NCBI RefSeq assembly: GCF_009914755.1
Contig: NC_060939.1
Reading direction: 5' to 3' (one strand)
Source of the DNA: the human T2T-CHM13v2.0 reference genome, Homo sapiens
Length of the DNA: 64,000 nucleotides
Below are positions 46,301 to 58,370 of this stretch, in pieces. The position numbers were made by a program, and so were the translations under genes. Within the stretch, counting starts at the first letter, position 1. Each line of letters begins with the position of its first letter. Under the pieces are notes generated by a model. The model was not told the origin of the DNA. It ran no database searches and was given only the letters and a program-made list of their open reading frames with translations.

Positions 46301-47569
46301 TTAGAATAAAAGCGAGGAAAGAATTAAAATGCCCTGTTTGTAATCACTGGTATAGATGTCCGCACCGATGTCATCCGAAGTGTATCTTAGTGCGTTTTTA
46401 ATCACTGGTGTATCTACTTACCTTTTCCCCATCATTAGTATTAAGAGCACTTAGCTATTTACTTTTTAATTTTCTGTAGTTTCTCAGATCATCAAGAGTG
46501 ACTAAAGTTAAGTATTTGGGGAGCAGAAGTCAAATTAACCTAAATAATTTTTTTCTACTTTTCCTTGTAATAATATATCAGATTGTCAGTGACCAGATTA
46601 TTTATGACAATCAATTGTAAGAGAAGAATACCATGTTAGTTTGGCTTGAAAGATATATGTCAAAAAATCTTACAGAGTCATTTGTGCAAATAACTATGTA
46701 ATTAAGATATCCAAGAAAATTTGCCTTAATTTTTAGAGGTTACTTAGTAAAAATCAAGAGGGAAAAAAAGGATGCAAAGTCTAGCTGCTGTTCTTAATTT
46801 CACTGGTGCACCATTTGCATAAGTTTTATTAATTTCACAATGGCAATTACCATGGGAAGAGTACTTAAGAGCTGCACATAAATGAAGCATTAGATGTTAT
46901 TTCCTTTTAGCTATTGTTCAAAATGAGGGTGGTGCCTTTGTCAGTTTAAATTCCTGTAAGTATGTAACTCCTAGACTATGAGTATACATTTTGTAAATCC
47001 TTGAAAAGTATAGTAATTATATTCATTGTTATGTTACTACCAGTCATTGCAATTTATAAAAATGCCCTGAAATAATACATAAAGTAAAATTTTTACATTA
47101 TCAATTTTAGTGCAGTAGTGAATAACATATGTCTGATGCCTAGAAAGAGAAAAAAATCATAAATACATATCAAGTTAGGTGAATCTTTGGTGAGAATTAC
47201 ACAAGGTGGGAAATACAGTGGCAGTCAAGAGACTCGGGTGAGAAATTTAGTTACAAATGGAACTAGGAGCTTCTCGGTGGAAAAAGAAGTAAGCAAATGT
47301 AAGGAATACAAACCCTGGAGAATAGCAGAAGGGAGAAAGATTAAACTGATATCTATTAGAGCAGAAATCTATAGTAAAATGTGGGTGTTCTGATGAATAA
47401 AAGGAGATTTAGAATGGAAAGAAGAGCTAAAGGAACTGAATGCTGGATTGTTGATTGCTGTTTATTATGATACCACCGGCTTCTATGCGGAGCATGATTT
47501 CTAGGTGGCAATACTTGATGTGAGGGGATCAGGTAGAAGAAGTTACAGCAGATGACCTCTGATCGAATC

Positions 47570-47690
47570 TTTGAGGAAGGAGTAACTTGGTTCTGAGGCT
47601 GCTTCAGAGATGTTCCAAAGTCCTTCAGGATAAAGTACTCAGCAAGCCAAATCACCATGCACTGGGTATCATTTTCTAAGCCCAAGAGCA
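47570..47690 (-). mobile_element. ERV1-class LTR 5' fragment (MER34/MER39-like)
   Basis: Reverse complement reads ttgggcttagaaaatgataccc...gctgagtacttt...gaagcagcctcagaa, typical of the 5' end of this LTR group. Confidence 0.6.
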
Positions 47691-49925
47691 TTACATGTCT
47701 TCTTTTTCTAGTTTCAAATTTATTGTCTGATTTATTTAAATATCCCATAACATTTGAAATAAGGGTCTCTTTTTAATATAATGAAACATTTCAGTGTATA
47801 TGTTTATGTGTATGTATTATATTCAATATTTTATTGACATTTTCCTTATCTGTTTGAATATTTTGTGTATTTCATCTTTCATGGCCTTAGAGAGGGAAGA
47901 AAGTCTTTAGCATCACTTTGGGTCTGTCTTTTCCTGTTTGTCATTTCTACAGTTAATGCAGTTCTTGCTTTATGCATGTTGAAGCTGTGTTATTTCATAC
48001 ATGAAGTTTCACAAGAGATAATCCTATGTTATAGCGTTTTCCTTTTATACCATGTTTCCCATAAAATGCCCGTCTTTAAAGTTGGACATCTGAGCAATAA
48101 GTATTGTAATCCTTTGTATAAACATGTCCAATATTATCAGCAATTGGATGTATCCAGATTGTGGTAGTGTAAAAATACGGTTCCTAAAATATATTATAGT
48201 AAAATAGGAAGAACAAAGTTATATAATACTTCCTTGCTAATTTTATTCAATATTTGGGTACCAGAAGTATTTTGTAGTGTCATAAATCACCGCACAATCT
48301 GTTTCACATTTACCAGTTATGTCCCCCATAACTTCTCTACACATCCAGACTTTTCTACACATTATTACATACTTCCAAGGTATGCTATAGTCTTATTAAC
48401 TAAGCATATTTGATTTCAAGATGCCACTTCTGATCACTATACATTGGCAAAAGATTAAAATATTGAAAACTCTCTATGTATTTCTATAGTGGAAGCACAA
48501 ACATAAATTTTTATATTAAAATGCCCTGTAGGTATCAAGTTATTAAATCTTCTTTAGAAAACTTAAATTTTATCTCACTGTCCCTCTAGATTATTCTATT
48601 TTACTGGGGAAAAACATAAATCCTTATTTTTATCAGCCTTTTCATTTGCTTTACATACTTTTTGGGTGTAGGTGTTGTTGGTAGGGGAAGTTTTATTGGT
48701 CAAAAAAGTTTGGGAAATGTTGCATTGCTCATAGCCTTTATACCCCTTCTTGGAGACTTAAACTTAACATTAGCATATTTAAGACCATAAGAAGTCTATT
48801 TTACTGCCTTTGCAATAGTTTTTGACATCTAAGGAACACAATTTGGTAATTTTACTGTAGATACATTTATTTTAAAAGCAGGTTCAGGAAGGCTATATAA
48901 CTTCTTAATGCCAATGAAAGATCAACTTTTGTTGTAAATTCACATAAACAGGAATATTCCAAGGGCAAGCTCCTTCTGTGGTCACTGTGTGTGTTCCTTC
49001 CCAGGGATCCTGTTAAACCACATGTTCTATGGAAATGGGGGCACATTGACAGGTTTGCATTTTCCACCTTATACTTCACACACTGCTGGAAATGCAAGCT
49101 TCTCTTTTTGTGGTTCAAGTGATTAACACATTTGATTTTATGCCTATTGTCTTTCTAGCTCTATCTGAAATAAAATATTCCTATGCTTATGAAACTGTCT
49201 ATAATGCTAAGCCTTAACTGTCATCATAAGAACAACTGTTGTGGTAAAGTAAGCAGTGGACTTCCCATTAGACAACAGAGGTTTAGCGTCTGGCCTCACC
49301 ACTGCTGAAATATGTGATGTGTGAAAAGTTATTTCAATTACGTGACTCTGCTTCCTTAAATGTGAAATTGAGGTAATCATATGCATAAGACTATTCTTAC
49401 AGATTTAATTGTATGACCCTTTTAAGGAGAAAAGCATTACTGTTTTGTCATTTTGCTTTCTATATTTAACAAAATATCTCCTGTTAAATGTTTGGAGGTT
49501 ATACAAAAGTTTTAGCTGCTCACATCAATATGTTGCCCTTCTGGAGAGTTAACACTATTTTGTAAAAGATATTTCTAGAGAAATCTCGCTCTGCAATTAG
49601 AACTTGCTTTTTGAATAGGTCAAGATTAGTGTCATAGAATGAAGATGTAAGAATTTGAAAAGGTATTTGAAATAACCTTGCTTTTCAGTGTCTCTCCTCC
49701 TACCCATTCCATTGCTGAGAAAATGGATGACTAGAGAAGCTAAAAGAAGCTAAATTACTTGCAACAAGTGAGTGACAGACCTGGACATTGAATCCAGAGG
49801 CCCCTAATGTGCTACTCTCCCAACTTTCTTGTAACCAACCATTTGAATTATTCACAGGAGTAAGAAAATGGCTTCTCTGCCGAAAAGCAACTCACGATTC
49901 TGCCAAGTGACCTGAAATGCCAATG

Positions 49926-50163
49926 CAGATGATCTCTGACTTACCCTGGTTTGAATTAGGATTTTTTTACTTTTATGTTGGATTTATCAGGACATAATTC
50001 CATCCTCAGTGGAGGAACATCTGGACTTAAAATGGTTCAACTTACAACTTTTCAGTTTTACAATGGGTTTTTCAGGGTATTAAATGCATTTTCAACTTAG
50101 GATATTTTTGATTTCCAGTGGATTTATTGGGACATAGCCACATCATAAGTCTAGAAACATCTG
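49926..50163. mobile_element. MER47/Tigger5-type Tc1-mariner MITE
   Basis: Terminal inverted repeats CAGATG..tc..gactta / taagtc..gaaaCATCTG; internal duplicated unit. Confidence 0.75.
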
Positions 50164-50566
50164 TCTTAGAAACTTGAAGGCTTTGTAATCTTCAAATATA
50201 TCTTAATGAAATTTAAGTACCTTTGAAAAAATAATACTTTAGTGAATATTCATCTACATCCAATTATTTTTCATGGTATTAGACAAGGAGAGCCATAGCA
50301 AAAAAAAAAAGGGATAATAATAAATTATATTTTGTGAGAGTTGATAGGGTGGAGATTCATTCTTTTGCTGAATATCTTAAAAATTCCTGTATAAAATCAA
50401 GCTTCTTAGCAGAGCACACAGAACCATTCATAGGCTGATAATTCTCTGGCTTCATTCCTTTCCTTCCCATTCAGTCTTAAATTCTAGGCAAATTGAATAC
50501 TGACTTGGTACTTTCCAAATCTGGCATATATTCTCACATCTGTGTGACTTTTTCACCTTTTGTTCC

Positions 50567-50735
50567 TTTTTTTTTTTATTTTAAAAGAATTTTTTAGAGA
50601 CAGGCTCTCACTCTTTTACCCAGGTGGGAGTGTAGTGGCACCATCCTAGCTCACTGCCGCCTTGACCTCCTGGGCTCGAGTGATCCTCCTGTCTCAGCCT
50701 TCTGAGTAGCTGGTTCTATAGGCATGCACCACCAT
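50567..50735 (-). mobile_element. Alu right arm (AluJ/FRAM) followed by an (AT)n tract to about 50787
   Basis: tagagacaggctctcactc...cctgggctcgagtgatcctcc. Confidence 0.88.
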
Positions 50736-50999
50736 ATGTACATTTATATATGTAAATATATATTTATATATATAATATATATATTTAATGTGGATATGAT
50801 ATCTTGCTATTTTTTCCATACTTCGTATATTGTGAACACAGTTCGTGTTTGATTATTTTTTCTTTGTCGTTGCAAACCTAATCATTTTGGAAGTTTAATT
50901 CAGGCTTATCGCTTCTATAAAGCCTCTCTTAATCAATGTCTGAATCATTTAGGTCAAGTTAGATGTCCTCTTCCTTGGCAATAATCCATTTGCACTTAA

Positions 51000-51115
51000 T
51001 TGCTTTGCATCGTAGTTTCCTCATTTATAAAATGGGGGTATCGACAGTGCCTACTAGGAGTGTTGTAAGGATTAATACATGTAAAGTGTTTCAAAGGGTT
51101 CCTGAAAAATAAATG
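51000..51115. mobile_element. MIR fragment
   Basis: agtttcctcatttataaaatggggg...gttgtaaggattaa. Confidence 0.75.
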
Positions 51116-52072
51116 TTATTTTGTATGTTATTTTTATTGTAGTATGCATTAATTACCTGTCCATCTTTTCCATTAGACTATGAACTATTATAGGGCAAAG
51201 AATGTTTACAAACATCTTATTTAAGTGATTATCCCTGTTCCTATCATAATGTCTGGCACAGAACAGGCAATATTGTTTTTTCACTGATTAGAAAGGTGAA
51301 TTCTGTTGGGAGAATGAATGCACCTTTTGTCTATCAGGGTCTCTGTAGTGCAATGTGAGCACTATGAGAACAACATAAGGGTCCTGAAATTCCAAAGGAA
51401 GTTGTGTTTGTTTGTCTTTGATGCAAAAGTTGCCAAGAAACAACACTAACTGTGGAAATGTGATGGTATCAAAAACAAGTTTCGTGACTTTATAGTTTTT
51501 CTCAGAAATAGCCCTCTCCATAAAATACGTTTTACTGGCCTCATTGAATAACTTATTCCTTTATTTGTATCATATGTATAAAGAATATAATAGAGACAAA
51601 AGAAGATAGTGTAAGATTTGAATCATTTTCCATATGGATTCAAGTCTCCAAGAAGTTAACAATAAATTATACTAATAATAATGACTGAAACTCAATATTT
51701 ATGGAAAACTTATACAAATGTAGATAACAGCACAATTCATGATGTGCTTTGATTGGTCTGAAATGGCAGTTTTCAATAAATATTGAAATTAGGTGATAAT
51801 CACTAGCATTATGTATTGTTTATCAGCATTCAGATTTCCATGAATAGGGATGCCCTTTTACACATTAACCTCCCTTCAAAGAACTTGGAGAAAAGACCTA
51901 ATTCCAAATGCAGTAATATTTTTCATGCTTTTTCATTCTTCGTTATTTATTGTAGAAATGTATGCATACTCTTGGGATAGTAAGAGAGTTCATTTTTACC
52001 CAGTCATGTCTAAAATAACTCTGAGCTAAAAATATTCTCCCTGATACATAATGCAAATAAGCCTACCATGCA

Positions 52073-53301
52073 ATTCGGTTTGCCAGTATTTTATTGAGGA
52101 TTTTTGCATCGATGTTCATCACATTAATTCAAGATGGATTAAAGACTTAAATGTTAGACCTAAAACCATAAAAACCCTAGAAGAAAACCTAGGCAATACC
52201 ATTCAGGACATAGGCATGGGCAAGGACTTCCTGTCTAAAACACCAAAAGCAATGGCAACAAAAGCCAAAATTAACAAATGGGATCTAATTAAACTAAATA
52301 ACTTCTGCACAGCAAAAGAAACTACCATCAGAGTGAACAGGCAACCTACAGAATGGGAGAAAATTGTTGTAATCTACTCATCTGACAAAGGGCTAATATC
52401 CAGAATCTACAATGATCTCAAACAAATTTACAAGAAAAAAACAAACAACCCCATCAAAAAGTGGGCGAAGGATATGAGCAGACACTTCTCAAAAGAAGAC
52501 ATTTATGCAGCCAAAAGACACATGAAAAAATGCTCATCATCACTGGCCATCAGAGAAATGCAAATCAAAACCACAATGAGATACCATCTCACACCAATTA
52601 GAATGGCAATCATTAAAAAGTCAGGAAACAACAGGTGCTGGAGAGGATGTGGAGAAATAGGAACACTTTTACACTGTTGGTGGGACTGTAAACTAGTTCA
52701 ACCATTGTGGAAGACAGTGTGGCGATTCCTCAGGGATCTAGAACTAGAAATAACATTTGACCCAGCCATCCCATTACTGGGTATATACCCAAAGGATTAC
52801 AAATCATGCTGCTATAAAGACACAAGCACATGAATGCTTGTTTATTGTGGCACTATTCACAATAGCAAAGACTTGGAACCAACCCAGATGTCCAACAATG
52901 ATAGACTGGATCAAGAAAATGTGGCACATAGACACCATGGAATACTATGCAGCCATAAAAAATGATGAGTTCATGTCCTTTGTAGGGACATGGATGAAGC
53001 TGGAAACCATCATTCTCAGCAAACTTTCACAAAGACAAAAAACCAAACACCGCATGTTCTCACTCATAGGTGGCAATTGAACAATGAGATCACATGGACA
53101 CAGGAAGGGGAACATCACACACCGGGGCCTGTTGTGGGGTTGGGGTCGGGGGAGGGATAGCATTAGGAGATATACCTAATGTTAAATGACGAGTTAATGG
53201 GTGCAGCACACCAACATGGCACATGTATACCTATGTAACAAACCTGCACGTTGTGCACATGTACCCTAAAACTTAAAGTATAATAATGAAAAAAAGAAAA
53301 A
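52073..53301 (+). mobile_element. L1PA3/4, 5'-truncated, with a 49-nt 5' inversion
   Basis: 52073-52121 is antisense L1 (homologous to about 5956-6004); 52123-53301 is the sense ORF2 3' part, 3'UTR and A tail. Confidence 0.95.
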
Positions 53302-53484
53302 CCCATGGATTTGAAATGTTGACAGTGACAGCGCAGAAAGTTCAAGGAAATATTAAATAAAAAAATTGAAAGCCATGATAGCAACAGTAATAACAAGTGC
53401 CTTTGACATCATTTTTTACTGCTTCTGCCACTCGATCTCCTGTAAGTCACCAAGTCCTGTGTTAAATGTCTCTTAAATGTTTCT

Positions 53485-53641
53485 TGTTTGGGATGATTAA
53501 AATCTTTTGGAAATAGTGGCGATTATTGTACATTATAAATGTAATCAATGCCACTGAATTGTACCCTTAATAAGGCAAAATGGCAAACTTTCTGTTGTAT
53601 ATATTTTACCAGAATAAATTTTTTTACAAGAAAAAAAAAAA
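53485..53641 (+). mobile_element. L1MB-like 3' terminal fragment inserted in an L2
   Basis: aatgccactgaattgtaccctt...tatatattttacca.aataaa followed by an A tail. Confidence 0.75.
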
Positions 53642-53644
53642 GTC

Positions 53645-54330
53645 TTAATTTAACCCTCTCTCTTAATCCAGGAAAATTCTCCATTAGTGAATGCTCCTTC
53701 CATGGATAACTTATTACTTCCTAACTGGTCTTCTTGCTCTCCCTGTTTTGTCCTTCAACCCCTTATCAGCAAGGAAGCCAGAGTCAACCTTATGCCATTA
53801 CCCTAAGGGCCCCCGACCATCAGTAGTTCTACTCTGTCAGCAGGTTAAACTCCAAACCAATTAATACGGCTTCATCATCAGCCCGTTCATTTTCCACACC
53901 CTGCACATCTTTGCACACTCATCCTTTAATGTATCCTGCTTGACATCTTGCCTTGAACTGTGTTCAGCTCTGCAAACACATGCTTTCTTTAAAATCAAGG
54001 CCTTTTTCAGGCTCATCCTTCTATTTAGAACACCCTTTACCTTCCCCATCTTCCATCTTCAAGCCAACCTCTCCCATTTCTCTTGCTAATCCTTTCCAAG
54101 TCTTCAAATTTTAGCATAGGTATCCCTTCCTGCAGAAGCCTTTTCTGGTTCCCTAAATATAGTTCAGGTGCATATCTACCTAATAATTGCACTCACTGCA
54201 CAGTATTAAAATCATCTGCCTGTAAGTCTGTATATCTCATTATATTATAAGCAGTAAGGTCAAGAAATATGTCTGTGGTATCAAACATTTAACATCTGGG
54301 TTTACAACTATGTTAAATAATTGTCGAGTT
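53645..54330 (+). mobile_element. L2 fragment
   Basis: cctaactggtcttcttgct...gcagaagccttttctg; degenerate L2 3' region. Confidence 0.55.
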
Positions 54331-54470
54331 ACAATGAAAATGTTATTTATTGTTTTGTAAACAATACAAGAAAATCTCTTGGATGATAATAATAATTGTG
54401 TCTATTACTAGATAGTACTAAATAGATACAGTGTCACAACTATGGAATAGTCTACAATTGAGGTTAAAGG

Positions 54471-54769
<299 letters not shown>

Positions 54770-55135
54770 TAAAGTCCTTCCTGGTATTGATCAATAGGTA
54801 GAAAGATGATAAATTCTAAATTGTTTCCCCTTAACATGACAGTTTGTTCGGTGTACATTTATTTTGAAATGCTATCGAAAATTTTCTTTAAACTCGTTCT
54901 ACATGAGATGTTAGTTAAAAACAAACACTAAATTCATGTTAAACCTGCCTTTGTTTTTTTTATTTCATAGTTATCTAACATAGAATAAAAAGGATTAAAT
55001 AAGAGGGGATCAGAGCAACAAAAATCTTCATAATCTAGAAGCTAAATTTCCCATGAAAAGCTGAAAAGCTTTTAAGGAGAGAAAAGCAACACCGAAGGAT
55101 ACCAGAGTCAGAGACAACGTTAAAAAAAAAATTGG

Positions 55136-55488
<353 letters not shown>

Positions 55489-57161
55489 TTAAAAATTAAT
55501 GCAACAAAACACATTCTGCTACAGTCCAACCTCCCTAGCAACAATTTGCACCATATGCATTTTATATTCCATACCTTGACTGTGAAATTTAATTAAAAAT
55601 AATTATAAATACAGCTCCTTGAGGCTACTGAGGATTTCACAGTTTGAATTTTATTTTCATAAAATATCATGCATCACTAATGGTCTTGTCAGAATTTGTC
55701 TTCAGAAGAAATGACAACTCATCCAGTTCAAATATATCCAAGTAAGCTAAATTTAGATGGAATGACCTGGGAACCTTGACTCAGGGTTCAGTCAATATAT
55801 AAAGTGAATAAACTGAAAACTGTCCCTGTAGTTCCAAATTTGGCCTTGATGTTCATTCATTTCAGATGGAAGCTCTCAAGGGAACACAGAAATAGAGCTA
55901 TCTTCAGCACTACTGAAGTGTTAATTCTGCAAGAAAATAACTGGATAAACAACAACAGTAAAATGAATGAATGAATGAATGAATGCTGGATGCAATAGTA
56001 AAAAGTATTTTAGGGATAGAGAAGGGTTAACATAAAGATAGATTCATTTATCCTATTAAGTTTTGGTTCCTATTTTTTCTCTTTTCTCTGTCTTCTTTTG
56101 ACCCCAAAGTAAGCTTGCATGCAAAAATGTCAGTGAATGAAGTGGATGCCTACACTAAAAATGAGATCTAGTTTGTTTCCTCGGCATTATTTGGAAAAAT
56201 TGCAGTCCATAGTTTTTATTCGACATTATCTTAGATTTTCTATGAAAAGGGGGAAAAGCCTCATTCTGATTCCTCCACTCACCACCCAGAAGCACTCAGT
56301 AATTTTGTGAAAATGTAATTGATTTATTTTTGTTTACTTGATAAACTCAGTGCTTTAGCTGGGAGGATGTCAGACTTAAATGCAATTTTACAGTCTCTTC
56401 GAAGGATACAGTTAGTCAAACATCAGGCAGCTAAAGTATCTGTCTGGCTCCTGAATGTCTTCAGGTCATGGAAGTAAGTGCCCTGGTTACAGGTTTCTCC
56501 AAATGAACGTTAGGAATATTTCCTTTTCTCTACGTCCATGTTGAAAGTTTTTTCTGTTTTGTTTTGTTTTGTTTTTACTTTTTCCTGGCATTATATACTG
56601 AACTCCAGAAGATGAGGATGTGGATGGTTGAGATATGCTTTTGGAACTTGGAATTAATAAAGGCAGATGCTAAATTGCTGAAAGCATTAAAACCTGACAC
56701 TGCGTGTTAAATCATTGTAAGCAAGGTCCTAACAGAGCGTTTGTGATTCGTAAAATAAAAATTAAAAAAAAAATAGTGTTCTGGGCTCCCTGGATATTTT
56801 ACATCAAAGAGGCGGAAATGAACAACAAACAGCTGAAGCATTTGTCTCTCCATATTGTAGCTGCTGGTAATCTTCAGCGCTGCAGATCATGCCAAATAAG
56901 GTGGAAAATCTGTGTACTTTCTGAGTACTCTTTAAATTATTAAATATTATTTTAATGTTGTCACCAAACATGTATACAAAGAATTCATAAAGAGGCTGTT
57001 TTAGAATTAAATTGTTTTATCAGTTTTATGACTTTAGAGTTATACTGAATATATCTACATGCATATATATATGTATATGTATATATATATAAACCTTGTG
57101 TAAAAGTATATTTAGGAGAAAATCTTCACTTTAGATTTTTCTAATATCTTAGTTGGGTCAT

Positions 57162-57643
57162 TGTTGGGAGCAAGCTCCCCAAAATCTGTCCATAAACTGG
57201 CCCCAAAACTGGCCATAAACAAAATGTCTGCAGCACTGTGATATGTCCACAATGGCCCTAACGCCCAAGCTGGAAGGTTGTGGGTTTACGGGAATGAGGG
57301 CAGGGACCACCTGGCCTGCCCAGGGTAGAAAACTGCTTAAAGGCATTCTTAAGCCACAAACAAAAGATGAGCGATCTGTGTCTTAAGGGCGTGTTCATTC
57401 GGCCTATCCCTTCGTTTCCCATAAGGGATACTTTTAGTTAATTTAATATCTATAGAAACAATGCTAATGACTGGTTTGCTGTTAATAAATATGTGGGTAA
57501 ATCTCTGTTTGGGGGTCTCAGCTCTGAAGGCTGTGAGACCCTTGATTTCCCACTTCACACGTCTATATTTCTGTGTGTGTGTGTGTCTTTAATTCCTCTA
57601 GCGCCCCTGGGTTAGGGTATCCCTGACCAAGCTGGTCTCAGCA
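57162..57643 (+). mobile_element. MER9 solo LTR (HERV-K9/HML-3)
   Basis: TGTTGGGA...ccataaactggccccaaaactggccataaac...ctggtctcagCA; AATAAA at about 57484; 6-bp TSD GGTCAT/GGGCAT at 57156-57161 and 57644-57649. Confidence 0.9.
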
Positions 57644-57671
57644 GGGCATATTATATGCCATCTGAATATTT

Positions 57672-58076
57672 ATTTATTTTAATTATTATTGTACTTTAAG
57701 TTCTAGGGTACATGTGCACAACGTGCAGGTTTGTTACATATGTATACATGTGCCATGATGGTGTGCTGTACCTGTTAACTCATCATTTACATTAGGTATA
57801 TCTCTTAATGCTATCCCTCCCCACTCCCCCAACCCCACGACAGGCCCCAGTGTGTGATGTTCCCCTTCCTGTGTCCAAGTGTTCTCATTGTTCAGTTCCC
57901 ACCTATGAGTGAGAATATTCGGTGTTTGGTTTTCTGTCCTTGCGATAGTTTGCTGAGAATGATGGTTTCCAGCTTCATCCATGTCCCTACAAAGGACATG
58001 AACTCATCCTTTTTTATGGCTGCATAGTATTCCATGGTGTATATGTGCCACATTTTCTTAATCCAGTCTATCATTG
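57672..58076 (-). mobile_element. Short 5'-truncated L1PA4-like element
   Basis: Perfect 15-bp TSD GCCATCTGAATATTT at 57657-57671 and 58077-58091, followed by AA (endonuclease site). Confidence 0.97.
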
Positions 58077-58204
58077 GCCATCTGAATATTTAAACACGGT
58101 GTTTTATTTTTCATTTATGTCTCACTTTATTTTGTGTTTACATCTTAGCAACGTTTCTTTCAATACTTCCCAAAGTAGGTGATATTTTCTGAGAAATGAA
58201 TATG

Positions 58205-58370
58205 GATGTAAGTGAAAAGACTAGAGGCCTGGAGTTTTAGTTTGGGGACTGCCACCAGTTATAGGTGTGGCCTTGGTTTGTCACTTAAATTTTCTGGGTG
58301 AACAACGTTTCTTCATCTGAAAAATTAAGAGTGTTAATTAAATTAAGTGATTCAAGGTCCTCACAACATC
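58205..58370. mobile_element. MIR fragment
   Basis: ctgccacc...tgtggccttgg...tcacttaa...gtttcttcatctgaaaaat. Confidence 0.65.

Noticed and set aside
47356-47748. 130-aa minus-strand ORF
   Set aside because: Overlaps an ERV1 LTR fragment; no protein-like features
48330-48362. Short tandem duplications (also 45238-45271 and 49735-49754)
   Set aside because: Ordinary two-copy slippage duplications with no array or spacer structure, so not CRISPR-like
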